Shown: in pieces, positions 42,226 through 51,819 of the stretch
How positions within the stretch are numbered: the first letter of the stretch is position 1
Layout: each line of letters opens with the position of its first letter
Assembly (NCBI GenBank): GCA_049840735.1
Contig: JASGJN010000026.1
Coordinates: 32,001 to 96,000 of the forward strand
Length of the DNA: 64,000 nucleotides
Origin: Anaeromyxobacter sp.
GTDB lineage: Bacteria > Myxococcota > Myxococcia > Myxococcales > Anaeromyxobacteraceae
Direction of reading: 5' to 3'
Notes under the pieces: generated by a model
What the model was told of the DNA's origin: nothing
The model's input: the letters and a program-made list of their open reading frames with translations, nothing else
Databases searched by the model: none
Program-made: the position numbers and the translations under genes

Positions 42226-44820
42226 TCAGCGGCTGAACCACCAGGTCCACTTGGCCATGAACGTGTCGGTGACCGGCCCGGACGCCAGGTTGACCGGGTG
42301 GACCGTGGCCGGCGGCGACGGGGAGGTGGGCTCGTCCTCGTAGCCCAGCTCGGACTGCGAGCGGGTGTAGACCAGGAACAGGGTCGAACCGAGCCGGTAC
42401 TCCCAGCGGAGCACGACGTTCAGGTTGAGCACGCCCTCCCGGAAGTCCGGGTTCTCCCAGCCGGCGTACGCGGGCAGGGGCTGCGACGGCTCGTGCAGGT
42501 CGCCAGGGTCCACCCGGCCGTCCGGCGCGCCGGCCTCGCGGTAGCGGGTGTAGCGCCCGTAGGAGCTGAAGAGCTGCGCGTAGGCCTGCAGCGTCAGCCG
42601 CGGCGTGAGCACCACCTGCTGGCGCAGCGTGGTGGAGACCGAGGGCGCCACCAGGTCGGCGAAGAGGTAACGCCCCTCCCCGTCGTCGAGCACGAAGCGG
42701 GCCGGCCAGGCGGCGCGCTCGCCGCGCAGCTCCAGCCGCGTCTCCAGCCGCGGGTGCGGGCGCAGGATCAGCTTCACCTCCGTGTTGCCGAACCAGTGCG
42801 ACTGCAGGTCGCCGGTGGCGAAGGTCCAGCCGGCGCCGGCCAGGGCCTCGAGGCGCACCGGGCGGCCCGGGTCGCTCGAGAACCAGAGCTCGCCGAAGGC
42901 GTCGCCCGGGCGCCGCTGGGCGACGCCGGTCTGGTCCATCTCGCGGACGTCCCAGCGCTCGAAGTCGAGCACGGTGGTGAAGCCCAGCCAGTGGAACGAG
43001 CGCAGCTCCAGCTCGGCGCCGGCCCAGAGCTGGCCGCCGCGCCGGAGCTGGCGGTCGTCGGTGGTGTACTTGGTCTCGGCGCCGCCGAAGAAGATCCAGC
43101 TCTGGAAGGGCCCGCCGCCGGAGGGGCGGACGTGTCGCAGGACCAGCCGGCCCACCTGCTCGTTCTGGGTCCGCTGGTAGCCGGCCGCGTTGAGCTCCAG
43201 CCTGGGCGACTGGTACTCCCACTGCAGCTCGAAGCGCCAGGGCTCGCCGCCGCCGCGCCCGGCCGCGGCGTAGGCGCCAACGCCCAGGTCCCCCCGCTTC
43301 AGCACCGTGCCGTCCGCCAGCGTCCGCTCCGGCGCGCCGCCCAGCGCCTGCGAGCCGTCGGCCTGCCCGCGGAAGAACCACTGGCCGTCGCGCGTCCGCA
43401 GCCCCCAGTCCACCGCGGCGGCGTTGCCCGCCAGCGCGTCGCAGCGGGCGGGGCGCACGTCGTCGTCCAGGTCGTTCTCCTCCGGCGTGCAGTCCGGGCC
43501 GGCCAGCAGCGTGGAGGTGGCGGTGAAGCCGAAGGTGCGGGTCGGGTCCGGGCGCCAGCGGGCCACGCCGGTGAGGAAGTTGCGGGTGGCCGGCGCCACC
43601 TGGGGCAGCGCCGTCTCCGGCCCGATGCGGAACGGCTGCGAGCCGTGGAAGCGGTACTGGCCCACCGGGGCCGACTCCGCGTCGCCCGAGCCGGCGCCGG
43701 TGACCAGCGCCTCCAGCACGCCGAGCTGCAGCGTGTCGCCGGCGGCGCCGGTCAGCTTGGCGGCCGCCAGGATGGGCGCGTCCAGGCCGATGCGGCGCGA
43801 GTAGAAGAGCTGGTGCGGCGGCTGCCGGTTGGGCGCCGAGAGCGGCCGGAAGATGTCCATGCCCTGCGTGAAGAAGGGGCGCTTCTCCGGGAAGAAGAGC
43901 TCGAAGGAGGAGAGGTTCTGGACGATCTGGTCGGCCTCGACCTGGCCGAAGTCGGGGTTGATGGTCCCCTGCAGCGAGAGGCCGCGGCCGATGGTGGTCT
44001 TGAGGTCCAGCCCCACGTCGCCGTAGGGCTCGGTGAGGCGCGGCTGGGGCTGGAGCGCGTCGTCGTACTGCGGCCGGCGCGTGACCCGGGCGGCGACGTA
44101 GGGCGCCAGCTCCATGGCGTTGACCGCCGCCAGGCCGGAGAGCCCCTCCAGCCGCGCCAGGTGCGCCACCTCCCCGCGCGTCGAGCGGGGCAGGGAGATG
44201 CTGAAGTCCTCCTCGTGGTTGCGGCCGATGTACCGCTTCATGCCGAAGCCGAAGACCGGCGCGGCGCCGTTGGAGAAGCGGAGCGCCGCCAGCGGGATCG
44301 CCACCTCGGCCGACCAGCCGTCGGCGGTGGCGCTGGCCGCGCCCTCCCAGACCGCGTCCCAGTCCGGGTTGTAGTCGTCGTCGTCTCCCACGATGCCGTC
44401 GGACTGGACGCCGGCGGCGGTGATGGCGAAGGAGAAGGCGCTCCGGCCGTCGCGGGTGGAGTCGATGTAGAGCTGCACCTCGTCCGACCAGGCCGGCGCG
44501 GCGTCGCGGCGCCCCAGCGGCCGGTGGATCTCCCCGGGCCGGCTGTCGTGGGCGTGGATGCCCACGTAGAGCGCGCGGTCGTCGAACAGGACTCGCACCT
44601 CGGTCCGCTCGCTGGGCGGGGCGCCCTCGTTCGGGAAGCGCTGGATGAACCCGTCGAAGGGGCGCGCCGCCTCCCAGTCGCGCTCCTCCAGCCGGCCGTC
44701 GATGGTGAGCCGCCCGTCGCGGCGCGCGGCCTGGATGGGCGCGCCCGGCTCGTCCGGGCGCGCGGCGGCCGGCAGGGCGAGCGTCAGGAGCAGGGCGAGG
44801 GCGCGAAGCGCGGTCGTCAC
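42226..44820 (-). CDS. DUF5916 / carbohydrate-binding family 9-like outer-membrane protein
   Basis: Signal peptide, IDGRLEERDW, GWSAEVAIP, INPDFGQVEAD, FFPEKRPFF, FYSRRIG, WEYRLGSTLFLVY. Confidence 0.85.
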   Translation of the reverse strand: MTTALRALALLLTLALPAAARPDEPGAPIQAARRDGRLTIDGRLEERDWEAARPFDGFIQRFPNEGAPPSERTEVRVLFDDRALYVGIHAHDSRPGEIHRPLGRRDAAPAWSDEVQLYIDSTRDGRSAFSFAITAAGVQSDGIVGDDDDYNPDWDAVWEGAASATADGWSAEVAIPLAALRFSNGAAPVFGFGMKRYIGRNHEEDFSISLPRSTRGEVAHLARLEGLSGLAAVNAMELAPYVAARVTRRPQYDDALQPQPRLTEPYGDVGLDLKTTIGRGLSLQGTINPDFGQVEADQIVQNLSSFELFFPEKRPFFTQGMDIFRPLSAPNRQPPHQLFYSRRIGLDAPILAAAKLTGAAGDTLQLGVLEALVTGAGSGDAESAPVGQYRFHGSQPFRIGPETALPQVAPATRNFLTGVARWRPDPTRTFGFTATSTLLAGPDCTPEENDLDDDVRPARCDALAGNAAAVDWGLRTRDGQWFFRGQADGSQALGGAPERTLADGTVLKRGDLGVGAYAAAGRGGGEPWRFELQWEYQSPRLELNAAGYQRTQNEQVGRLVLRHVRPSGGGPFQSWIFFGGAETKYTTDDRQLRRGGQLWAGAELELRSFHWLGFTTVLDFERWDVREMDQTGVAQRRPGDAFGELWFSSDPGRPVRLEALAGAGWTFATGDLQSHWFGNTEVKLILRPHPRLETRLELRGERAAWPARFVLDDGEGRYLFADLVAPSVSTTLRQQVVLTPRLTLQAYAQLFSSYGRYTRYREAGAPDGRVDPGDLHEPSQPLPAYAGWENPDFREGVLNLNVVLRWEYRLGSTLFLVYTRSQSELGYEDEPTSPSPPATVHPVNLASGPVTDTFMAKWTWWFSR

Positions 44821-44937
44821 GGGAGGTCGAGGCTGGTTGCGGGGAGCGGCGGGGCGCGAGCGGGAGCCCTGTCTGTAGGAGTCCCGCCCGGGCAGAACGT
44901 GACGCGCCACCGGCCCAGCCTTATAACGCGGACCAAC

Positions 44938-46347
44938 ATGCCCTCCTGCCGGCTCCCCGCCCTCCTCGTCGCGCTGGCTGCGCTGGGGCTCACCGCCCCG
45001 TCCCGCACCTACCCCGACGCACCTCCGGCCACCGCAGAGGGGGCGCCCAGCCTCCCCTACGTCCGCTACCAGCTCGCGAATGGCCTGACCGTGATCCTGC
45101 ACCAGGACCGCACGGTGCCCTTGGTCGCGGTTCACGTCCAGTACGATGTCGGCTCGCGCGACGAACCGCCGGGCCGCACCGGCTTCGCCCACCTCTTCGA
45201 GCACCTGATGTTCCAGGGCACGGTCCACCTGCCCAAGGGCGAGTCCGACCGGCTGGTGGAGGCCGCCGGCGGGACCGGCAACGGCTCCACCTCGCAGGAC
45301 ACCACCGTCTACTGGGAGCAGGCCCCCTCGGGCGCGCTGGATCAGCTGCTCTACATCCAGTCCGAGCGGATGGGCTGGCTCTTGCCCGCGCTCACGCAGG
45401 AGAAGCTCGACAACCAGCGCGACGTGGTGCGCAACGAGCGGCGCCAGCGGATCGAGATGGCGCCCTACGGCCTGGCCTACGAGCGGATCCTCCAGAACCT
45501 CTGGGCCCCGGGGTTTCCCTACTCCTGGATGCCCATCGGCTCGCACGAGGACCTGGAGCGGGCCACGCTCGAGGACGTCTCGGCCTTCTTCAGGCAGTGG
45601 TACGGCCCGGAGAACGCGGTGCTGGTGGTGGCCGGCGACCTCGATCTCGAGCAGACCAAGGCCACCATCCAGCGCTGGTTCGGCCCCATCCCCACCGGCG
45701 GGCGGCCGGTCCACGCCCGCCCGGCGCCGGCCCCGCTCGGCGCCGCGAAGCAGGTCACGCTGGACGACCGGGTGCAGCTGCCGCGGCTCTACCTGGCGTG
45801 GCAGTCACCGGCCGTGTACGCCCCCGGCGACGCCACCCTCGACCTCCTGGGCGCCATCCTCACCGACGGCAAGGGCGCGCGCCTGGTGAAGCGGCTGGTG
45901 ATGGACGAGCAGATCGCCCAGGGCGTCTCGGCCGGCCAGGCCAGCCAGGTGCTGGCCTCCACCTTCTCGATCGTGGCCGTGCCCAAGCCCGGCGTCGCCA
46001 CGGAGCGCCTGCTGGCCGAGATCGACCAGGAGCTGGAGCGGATCGCGGCCACCCCGCCCACCGAGGAGGAGCTGCAGCGGGCCAAGAACAAGTACGAGGC
46101 CGGCGCGGTCTACGCGCTGGAGCCGGTCACCGCCCGCGCCGCGGCGCTGGCCGCCTACCAGCTCACCACCGGCGATCCGGGCTACCTGGCCAAGGACCTG
46201 GCCCGCTACAAGAGCGTCACCGCCGAGCAGATCTCCGCCGCGGCCCGGACCTGGCTGCGAGAGGACGCCCGCGTGATCCTGACCGTGATCCCCGCCGCGC
46301 CCACGGCCGCCGCCCCTGCCCCCGCCGCCGCCGGAGGTGACCGGTGA
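44938..46347 (+). CDS. M16 family Zn peptidase, catalytic subunit
   Basis: GFAHLFEHLMFQG (HxxEH), RDVVRNERR. Confidence 0.93.
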   Translation: MPSCRLPALLVALAALGLTAPSRTYPDAPPATAEGAPSLPYVRYQLANGLTVILHQDRTVPLVAVHVQYDVGSRDEPPGRTGFAHLFEHLMFQGTVHLPKGESDRLVEAAGGTGNGSTSQDTTVYWEQAPSGALDQLLYIQSERMGWLLPALTQEKLDNQRDVVRNERRQRIEMAPYGLAYERILQNLWAPGFPYSWMPIGSHEDLERATLEDVSAFFRQWYGPENAVLVVAGDLDLEQTKATIQRWFGPIPTGGRPVHARPAPAPLGAAKQVTLDDRVQLPRLYLAWQSPAVYAPGDATLDLLGAILTDGKGARLVKRLVMDEQIAQGVSAGQASQVLASTFSIVAVPKPGVATERLLAEIDQELERIAATPPTEEELQRAKNKYEAGAVYALEPVTARAAALAAYQLTTGDPGYLAKDLARYKSVTAEQISAAARTWLREDARVILTVIPAAPTAAAPAPAAAGGDR

Positions 46348-47936
46348 GCCCCGCCCGCCTGGCCCGCCCGCTGCTGCTGCTGGCGCTGCTGGCCGCTTGC
46401 GCCACCTCGGCGCCCAAGCCCGCCGCGCCGCCGCCCACACCCGCCGCTGCGGCGCCTGGCCCCGCCGCGCAGGCCGCGCCCGCGGCCCCGGCTGCCGACG
46501 CCCGCACCACGCCGCCGCTGGGCGCGCCCAAGGACCTGGTGCTCCCGCCGCAGCGCCACTTCACGCTCGCCAACGGCCTGCGGGTACGGCTGGTGGAGGA
46601 GCACCGGCTGCCCATCGTCCAGGTGCAGCTGGTGGTGGACGCCGGTGCGGCCCGCGATCCGCTCGACCGGCCCGGCCTGGCCGGCTTCACCGCCGCCATG
46701 CTGACCGAGGGGACCCGGACCCGCTCGGCCACGCAGCTCTCGGATCAGCTCGGCTACCTGGGCGCGTCGCTGGGCGGCGGCGCCGGGGTGGACGGCGCCT
46801 CGCTGGGCGGCGGCTCGCTCTCGCGCCACCTGCCCAGGCTGCTGGAGCTGTTCGCCGACGCGCTGACTGTGCCGGCCTTCCGCCCCGCCGACGTGACGCG
46901 GGTGCGCGACCAGCGGCTGGTGGCGCTGCTGCAGCAGCGCGATCAGCCGGGCTGGCTGGCCTCCCGCGCCTTCACCGAGGCGTTCTGGGGGAAGCACCCC
47001 TACGGCCACCAGGTCATCGGCACCGAGGCCTCGCTCCAGGCCATCACGCCCGAGGACCTGCGCCGCTTCCACGCCCAGCGCTGGCGCCCGGCCAGCGCCG
47101 AGCTGGTGGTGGTGGGCGACGTCACCGAGGAGGCCCTGCGCCCGCTGCTGGAGCGGACGCTGGGCAGCTGGCCGGCGGGCCAGGCCGCGCCGGCCCCCGC
47201 GGCGCAAGCGCCGGCGGCGCCCCACCGCACGCTGCTCATCGACAAGCCGGAGGCCTCGCAGACCTACCTCCTGCTCGGCATGCCCGGCCTGGATCGCCGC
47301 TCGCCGGACTACGCGGCCGCCGACGTGATGTTCCAGGTGCTGGGCGGCGGCGCCTCCTCGCGCCTGTTCCGCTCGCTCCGCGAGGCCAAGGGGTACACCT
47401 ACGGCCTCTCCGCCGGCGCCGACGCCCGCGCGCTGGGCGGCGCCAGCGTGGTGCGCGGCTCGGTGAAAGCGGACGTGACCGGCGCGGCGCTGACCGACCT
47501 GCTGGCCGAGCTGGCCCGGCTGCGCGAGCAGCCGGTGCCGGCGGAGGAGCTGCGCGACGCGGTGGACGGGATGCTGGGCGCGCTGCCCGCCGACTTCTCC
47601 ACCGTGGGCGGCATCGCCGGGCGCGTCTCGGAGCTGGTCATCTACGGGCTGCCGGACGACCACTGGAACCGCTACGCCGACCAGCTGCGCGCCGTCACCG
47701 CCGCCGACGTGCAGCGGGTGGCGCAGCGCTACCTCGACCCCTCGCGCATGACGTTGGTGCTGGTGGGCACGCCGGGGGTGGTGAAGCCGCAGCTGGCGTC
47801 GGTGCCGCTGGGGCCCCTGCAGCTCCTGCCCGCGCCGGGCGAGAAGGCGGCGGCAGGCAAGCAGCCAGCCGCAAGGCCCCCGGGCAAGAAGGTCAAGCGG
47901 CCCGCGCCGCCGGCTCCCGCGGCTGGCCCGCGGTAG
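46344..47936 (+). CDS. M16 family peptidase, non-catalytic partner (lipoprotein)
   Basis: LAAC lipobox, TLANGLRV, no HxxEH, SRLFRSLREAKGYTYG. Confidence 0.88.
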   Translation: MSPARLARPLLLLALLAACATSAPKPAAPPPTPAAAAPGPAAQAAPAAPAADARTTPPLGAPKDLVLPPQRHFTLANGLRVRLVEEHRLPIVQVQLVVDAGAARDPLDRPGLAGFTAAMLTEGTRTRSATQLSDQLGYLGASLGGGAGVDGASLGGGSLSRHLPRLLELFADALTVPAFRPADVTRVRDQRLVALLQQRDQPGWLASRAFTEAFWGKHPYGHQVIGTEASLQAITPEDLRRFHAQRWRPASAELVVVGDVTEEALRPLLERTLGSWPAGQAAPAPAAQAPAAPHRTLLIDKPEASQTYLLLGMPGLDRRSPDYAAADVMFQVLGGGASSRLFRSLREAKGYTYGLSAGADARALGGASVVRGSVKADVTGAALTDLLAELARLREQPVPAEELRDAVDGMLGALPADFSTVGGIAGRVSELVIYGLPDDHWNRYADQLRAVTAADVQRVAQRYLDPSRMTLVLVGTPGVVKPQLASVPLGPLQLLPAPGEKAAAGKQPAARPPGKKVKRPAPPAPAAGPR

Positions 47937-47947
47937 CGTGTCTCGGC

Positions 47948-49647
47948 CAGGCGTGATTGGTAGCGCGAGGCCCCGCCCGAAGTAGTCGGCCGTGAGGGCG
48001 CCGGGTTAGGCCGCCGCAGCCCATGACCGTGGGGCACGCACAAATTCGCAGGCCCATCTCCACTCAGGGTACGAAGAAGAGCGGCGGGCGATCTTGGCCG
48101 ATCGCCCGCCGCTTACGGCTGTCGTCGGGTAGGAGCCCGGCGGATGCCAACGACCCCGAGATCATACGAGAGGCGATCCGTGAGGGAAAGGGCTGTGAGG
48201 AGGGTGGCGGGGCTGCTGCGGGCCCGGCTGCCGGAGCTGGACCTGGACCGGGTCTCGGACCCCCGGGCACGAGAGGGGCGGTGGGCGCTGTCGCAGATCC
48301 TCCGGGCCACGCTGCTGGGGCTGATGGCGGGCTGCCGCAGCCTGTGGGACGCGGAGCGGCTCACCGACAGCCTGGCGCCGGCGATGCGCCGCCGGCTGGG
48401 GCTGCCGCGGCGGCTGGCGGACACGACGGCGCGGGACGCGCTCTGCCGGGTGCCGCTCGAGTCGCTGCGGGCGGTGCTGCATCGGGCCGTCCGGGCGGCC
48501 TGGCGCCGCAAGGCGCTCGCGCCGGTGGGGCTGCCGTTCGGCGTGGTGGCGTTGGACGGCAAGGTGACGATGCTGCCGGTCCTCAACCACCCGCTGGTGC
48601 AGAACCACATCGAGGGGCAGGCGGTCCCGTTCGGCCTGGTGCGGACGGTGACGTGCGCGCTGGTCTCGGCGGCGGGGCGGCCCTGCATCGACGCCATCCC
48701 GATCCCGGCCGCGTCGAACGAGGTGGGCTTCTTCCAGCAGGCGTTCGAGCGCCTGACCGCTGCCCACGGCGGGATCTTCCGCGTGGTGACCTACGACGCC
48801 GGCGCGCTCTCCGAGGCCAACGCCAGCGCCGTGGTGGCCGCGGGCAAGGATTACCTGTTCACGCTCAAGGGCGAGCAGCGGACCATGTTCAAGCTGGCGA
48901 GCGAGCTGCTGAGCTCGCAGGAGATGGCGGCCCAGACGTTGGACGTGCTCGACAACGCTACCACCGTCACCCGCAGCCTGACGCTGCTGGGCGTCGATCC
49001 GAGCTGGAGCTATAGCGCGAGCAAGACGCCCGAGGAGTCGGTCTGGAGCCACGCCGGGACTTTCCTGAGGGTGGAATACGTGAAGCGGCGCAGCGGCGAG
49101 GTCATCGAGCAGGACGCGCGGGTGTTCGTGAGCAGCATGCAACCGGGCAGGCTGACGCCTGCTCAGTGGCTGCTCCTCGTCCGCAGCCACTGGGGTGTCG
49201 AGAACCAGAACCACCACACGCTCGACACCGCCTTCGCCGAGGACGAGCGGCCGTGGATCGAGGCCGACCCGCAGGGCATGCTGGCGGTGCTGCTGCTCAG
49301 GCGGATCGCCTACACGTTACTGGCGCTCTACCGCGCGGTCACGCTGCGGTCGGACGAGGGCCGGGCGCCCCGCTGGCGAGACCTCCTGGCCTCGGTGCGG
49401 GATGTCCTCGTCGCCGCCACCGAGGAGCAACTCGCGGGCCTCCGCCCGCACCAGGTCGCCGCCGCGACACGCTGAAACGCCGGGCTCCTACCCGCGGCGG
49501 CGACATCGAAGGGACCTGAGGTGAGCGGCCGCCGCGACCGGCGCCGGCCTGCCGTGGCCGCCGTACGCCTCGACGTCCAGCCCCGCAACCTCCCGCGACC
49601 CGGGCGGGAACCCCAAAGCACGCGTACCGCCTGACCGATCTGTCGTG
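47948..49647 (+). mobile_element. ISAs1-family insertion sequence (1700 bp) with 10-bp target duplication GTGTCTCGGC
   Basis: Direct repeat at 47938-47947 and 49648-49657; imperfect ends CAGGCGTGATTGGT / rc CACGACAGATCGGT. Confidence 0.75.
48144..49475 (+). CDS. ISAs1-family DDE transposase
   Basis: SDPR, VALDGK, VTYDAG, YLFTLKGEQ, RSHWGVENQNHHTLDTAFAEDE. Confidence 0.88.
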   Translation: MPTTPRSYERRSVRERAVRRVAGLLRARLPELDLDRVSDPRAREGRWALSQILRATLLGLMAGCRSLWDAERLTDSLAPAMRRRLGLPRRLADTTARDALCRVPLESLRAVLHRAVRAAWRRKALAPVGLPFGVVALDGKVTMLPVLNHPLVQNHIEGQAVPFGLVRTVTCALVSAAGRPCIDAIPIPAASNEVGFFQQAFERLTAAHGGIFRVVTYDAGALSEANASAVVAAGKDYLFTLKGEQRTMFKLASELLSSQEMAAQTLDVLDNATTVTRSLTLLGVDPSWSYSASKTPEESVWSHAGTFLRVEYVKRRSGEVIEQDARVFVSSMQPGRLTPAQWLLLVRSHWGVENQNHHTLDTAFAEDERPWIEADPQGMLAVLLLRRIAYTLLALYRAVTLRSDEGRAPRWRDLLASVRDVLVAATEEQLAGLRPHQVAAATR

Positions 49648-49736
49648 GTGTCTCGGCCCCCGGGCGGGACGGCCGTCCGACCGCCGAGGTAGAGTGCGTG
49701 GCGTGCTGGCCGCCTCCGCGGCCGGCCGCCCACGCC

Positions 49737-50664
49737 ATGCGCCAGCCCCTCCAGAACGAGTTCTCCTGGTCGAAGTCGCGCCACGAGAAGTTCGCCGAGT
49801 GCCGGCGAGCCTACTACTACGCGTACTACGGCAGCTGGGGCGGCTGGGAGGCCGAGCACGGCACCGCGGTCCGCGAGCTGTACGTGCTGAAGAAGCTCTC
49901 CTCGCGCTGGCAGTGGGCCGGCTCGGTGGTCCACGCCTCGCTGAAGCGCATGCTGGAGGCGGCGCGCGCCACCGGCCACTTCTGGCCGCTGGAGAAGCTG
50001 CTCGACCGGACCCACCAGCGCGCCCGGGCCGAGTGGTCGGGCTCGCGCGAGAAGAGCTACTGGCGGGAGGCCTCGAAGATCGTGGGGCTGGTGGAGCACG
50101 AGTACGGCGACCCGGTGGCGGGCGAGGACTGGAAGCGGCTGTACGACGAGGTGATCGACGGCGGGCTGCGCGCCTTCCACGCCAGCCCCATCTTCGAGGA
50201 GATCAAGGCCACGCCGCGCGAGCAGTGGCTGAGCGTGGACGAGCTCGACTCCTGGGTCTTCGAGGGCACCAAGATCTCGGGTGGCCATCGACTTCGCCTA
50301 CCGCGACCCCGAGGGCCGGGTGCAGGTGCTGGACTGGAAGACCGGCAAGGAGCGGGGCGTGGACCACACGCAAGTGGGCATCTACTCGCTCTACGCCCAG
50401 CAGAAGTGGTCGGTGCCGCCGGAGGCGGTCACCGGCGGCCTCATCTACCTGGTGGGCGGCGGCGGCGCCGAGCGCGTCTCGGTCTCCGCCGATCCGGCCT
50501 CGCTGGAGGGCTGCCGCACCGCCATGCGCGACTCCATCGCCGCCATGCGCGCCGCGCTGGTGGACCCGGCCCGCAACGCCGCGGTCGAGGACGCCTTTCC
50601 GCGCCACGAGCAGCGCGAGGCCTGCCGGCGCTGCCCGTTCCGCCGGCCGTGCGGGCGGCTCTGA
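49737..50664 (+). CDS. PD-(D/E)XK nuclease family protein (RecB/AddB/Cas4-like); +1 frameshift at ~50278
   Basis: SWSK..FAECRRAYY, GSVVH, AIDFA, VLDWKTG, QVGIY, C-terminal CRRCPFRRPC. Confidence 0.82.
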
Positions 50665-50706
50665 GCGGGGTCCTGGCGCCGACCTTCGGCCGGGGACTCC
50701 GCGGCT

Positions 50707-50859
50707 CCGTTCGTCCTGAGCGTAGCGCCCGCGTAGCGGGCGCGAAGTCGAAGGACAGGGGTCTTCGCTGGTCCGGTCGCGGCTCCCGTCCATGGTTCGA
50801 CTCCGGGCCGGCCACGCCGCGCTCCTGCCGCCAGCCCGGCCCTACGCTCACCATGAACG
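50707..50859. repeat. Inverted REP pair
   Basis: Forward copy 50707-50756 (outer stem GTCCT/AGGAC) and reverse copy 50787-50859 (outer stem ATGGT/ACCAT). Confidence 0.85.
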
Positions 50860-50907
50860 TAGGGTGAAGCCCCGCCGGGACACAGCCCGCGCACCCAACG
50901 GCTGAGA

Positions 50908-51285
50908 GGATCCGGTCGGCGTTCGGGACCCGTTCCGGCGTTCAGGATCCGTTCGGCGTTCGGGACCCGTTCGGCGTTCGGGACCCGTTCGGCGTTCGGG
51001 ATCCGTTCGGCGTTCGGGATCCGTTCGGCGTTCGGGATCCGTTCGGCGTTCAGGATCCGTTCGGCGTTCGGGATCCGTTCGGCGTTCAGGATCCGTTCGG
51101 CGTTCGGGATCCGTTCGGCGTTCAGGATCCGTTCGGCGTTCAGGATCGGTTCGGCGTTCAGAATCCGTTCGGCGTTCAGGATCGGTTCGGCGTTCAGGAT
51201 CCGTTCGGCGTTCAGGATCCGTTCGGCGTTCAGGGTCCGTTCGGCCTGAGCGTAGCGCCGCGTCAGCGGCGCGGAGTCGAAGGCC
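50908..51285. repeat. 18-bp tandem array (~18 units) running into a REP copy (51237-51285)
   Basis: Unit GGATCCGTTCGGCGTTCR from 50908 to 51232; the final partial unit is the REP start. Confidence 0.97.
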
Positions 51286-51810
51286 AGGTCTCCACGCTCG
51301 GGCCGCGGGCTGCCCGCACCATCCGCGCCGCCGGCAGCACCGCGCCTCCCGGCAGCGGTACGTCCAGCCGCTCACGCACGGTGAACCCAAGCGCCCGGTA
51401 GAACCCGATCGCCGGCCGGGCCGCGTCCACCCGCAGCGCGCGCCGCCCCTCCGCCCGGGCCGCCTCGGCCAGCGCTGCCACCAGCGCGGCGCCGACCCCG
51501 CGCCCCTGCGCGGCCGGGCGGACGAAGACCGCGGTCACCTCGCCGCCGCGCCGCGCGGCGTAGCCCACCACGCGGCCGGCGCGCTCGGCCACGAGGTAGG
51601 CCTCGCCCCCCGGCCCATGGCCCAGCGGTGGTAGAGCGCCGGCAGGCTGGACCAGGCGGCGCGCGCCGCGGCGGAGAGCGCGCGCGGCGGCAGCGCCCGC
51701 ACCGCGGCCCGCATCACGGCGGCGCAGGCGGCGGCGTCGGCGGGGCGGGCGGGCCGGAAACGGCCGCGGCCGCGCGCCCCGGTGCGGGACGGCGGCCGCG
51801 GGGAAGGCAT
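51263..51810 (-). CDS. GNAT family acetyltransferase; frameshift at ~51612
   Basis: RPARPADAAAC N-terminus; VFVRPAAQGRGVGAAL..AIGFYRALGF in another frame; stop codon inside a REP. Confidence 0.78.
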
Positions 51811-51819
51811 CCGGCGACT

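Noticed and set aside
42085..44937. Very long alternative-frame or antisense ORFs in the track (e.g. 5' parts of 42085-46347, 35915-39493, 58822-61965)
   Set aside because: Stop-poor shadow frames of high-GC genes; only the segments with recognisable motifs were kept
44938..47936. Active plus inactive M16 peptidase pair as a novelty
   Set aside because: Heterodimeric M16B pairs are well established
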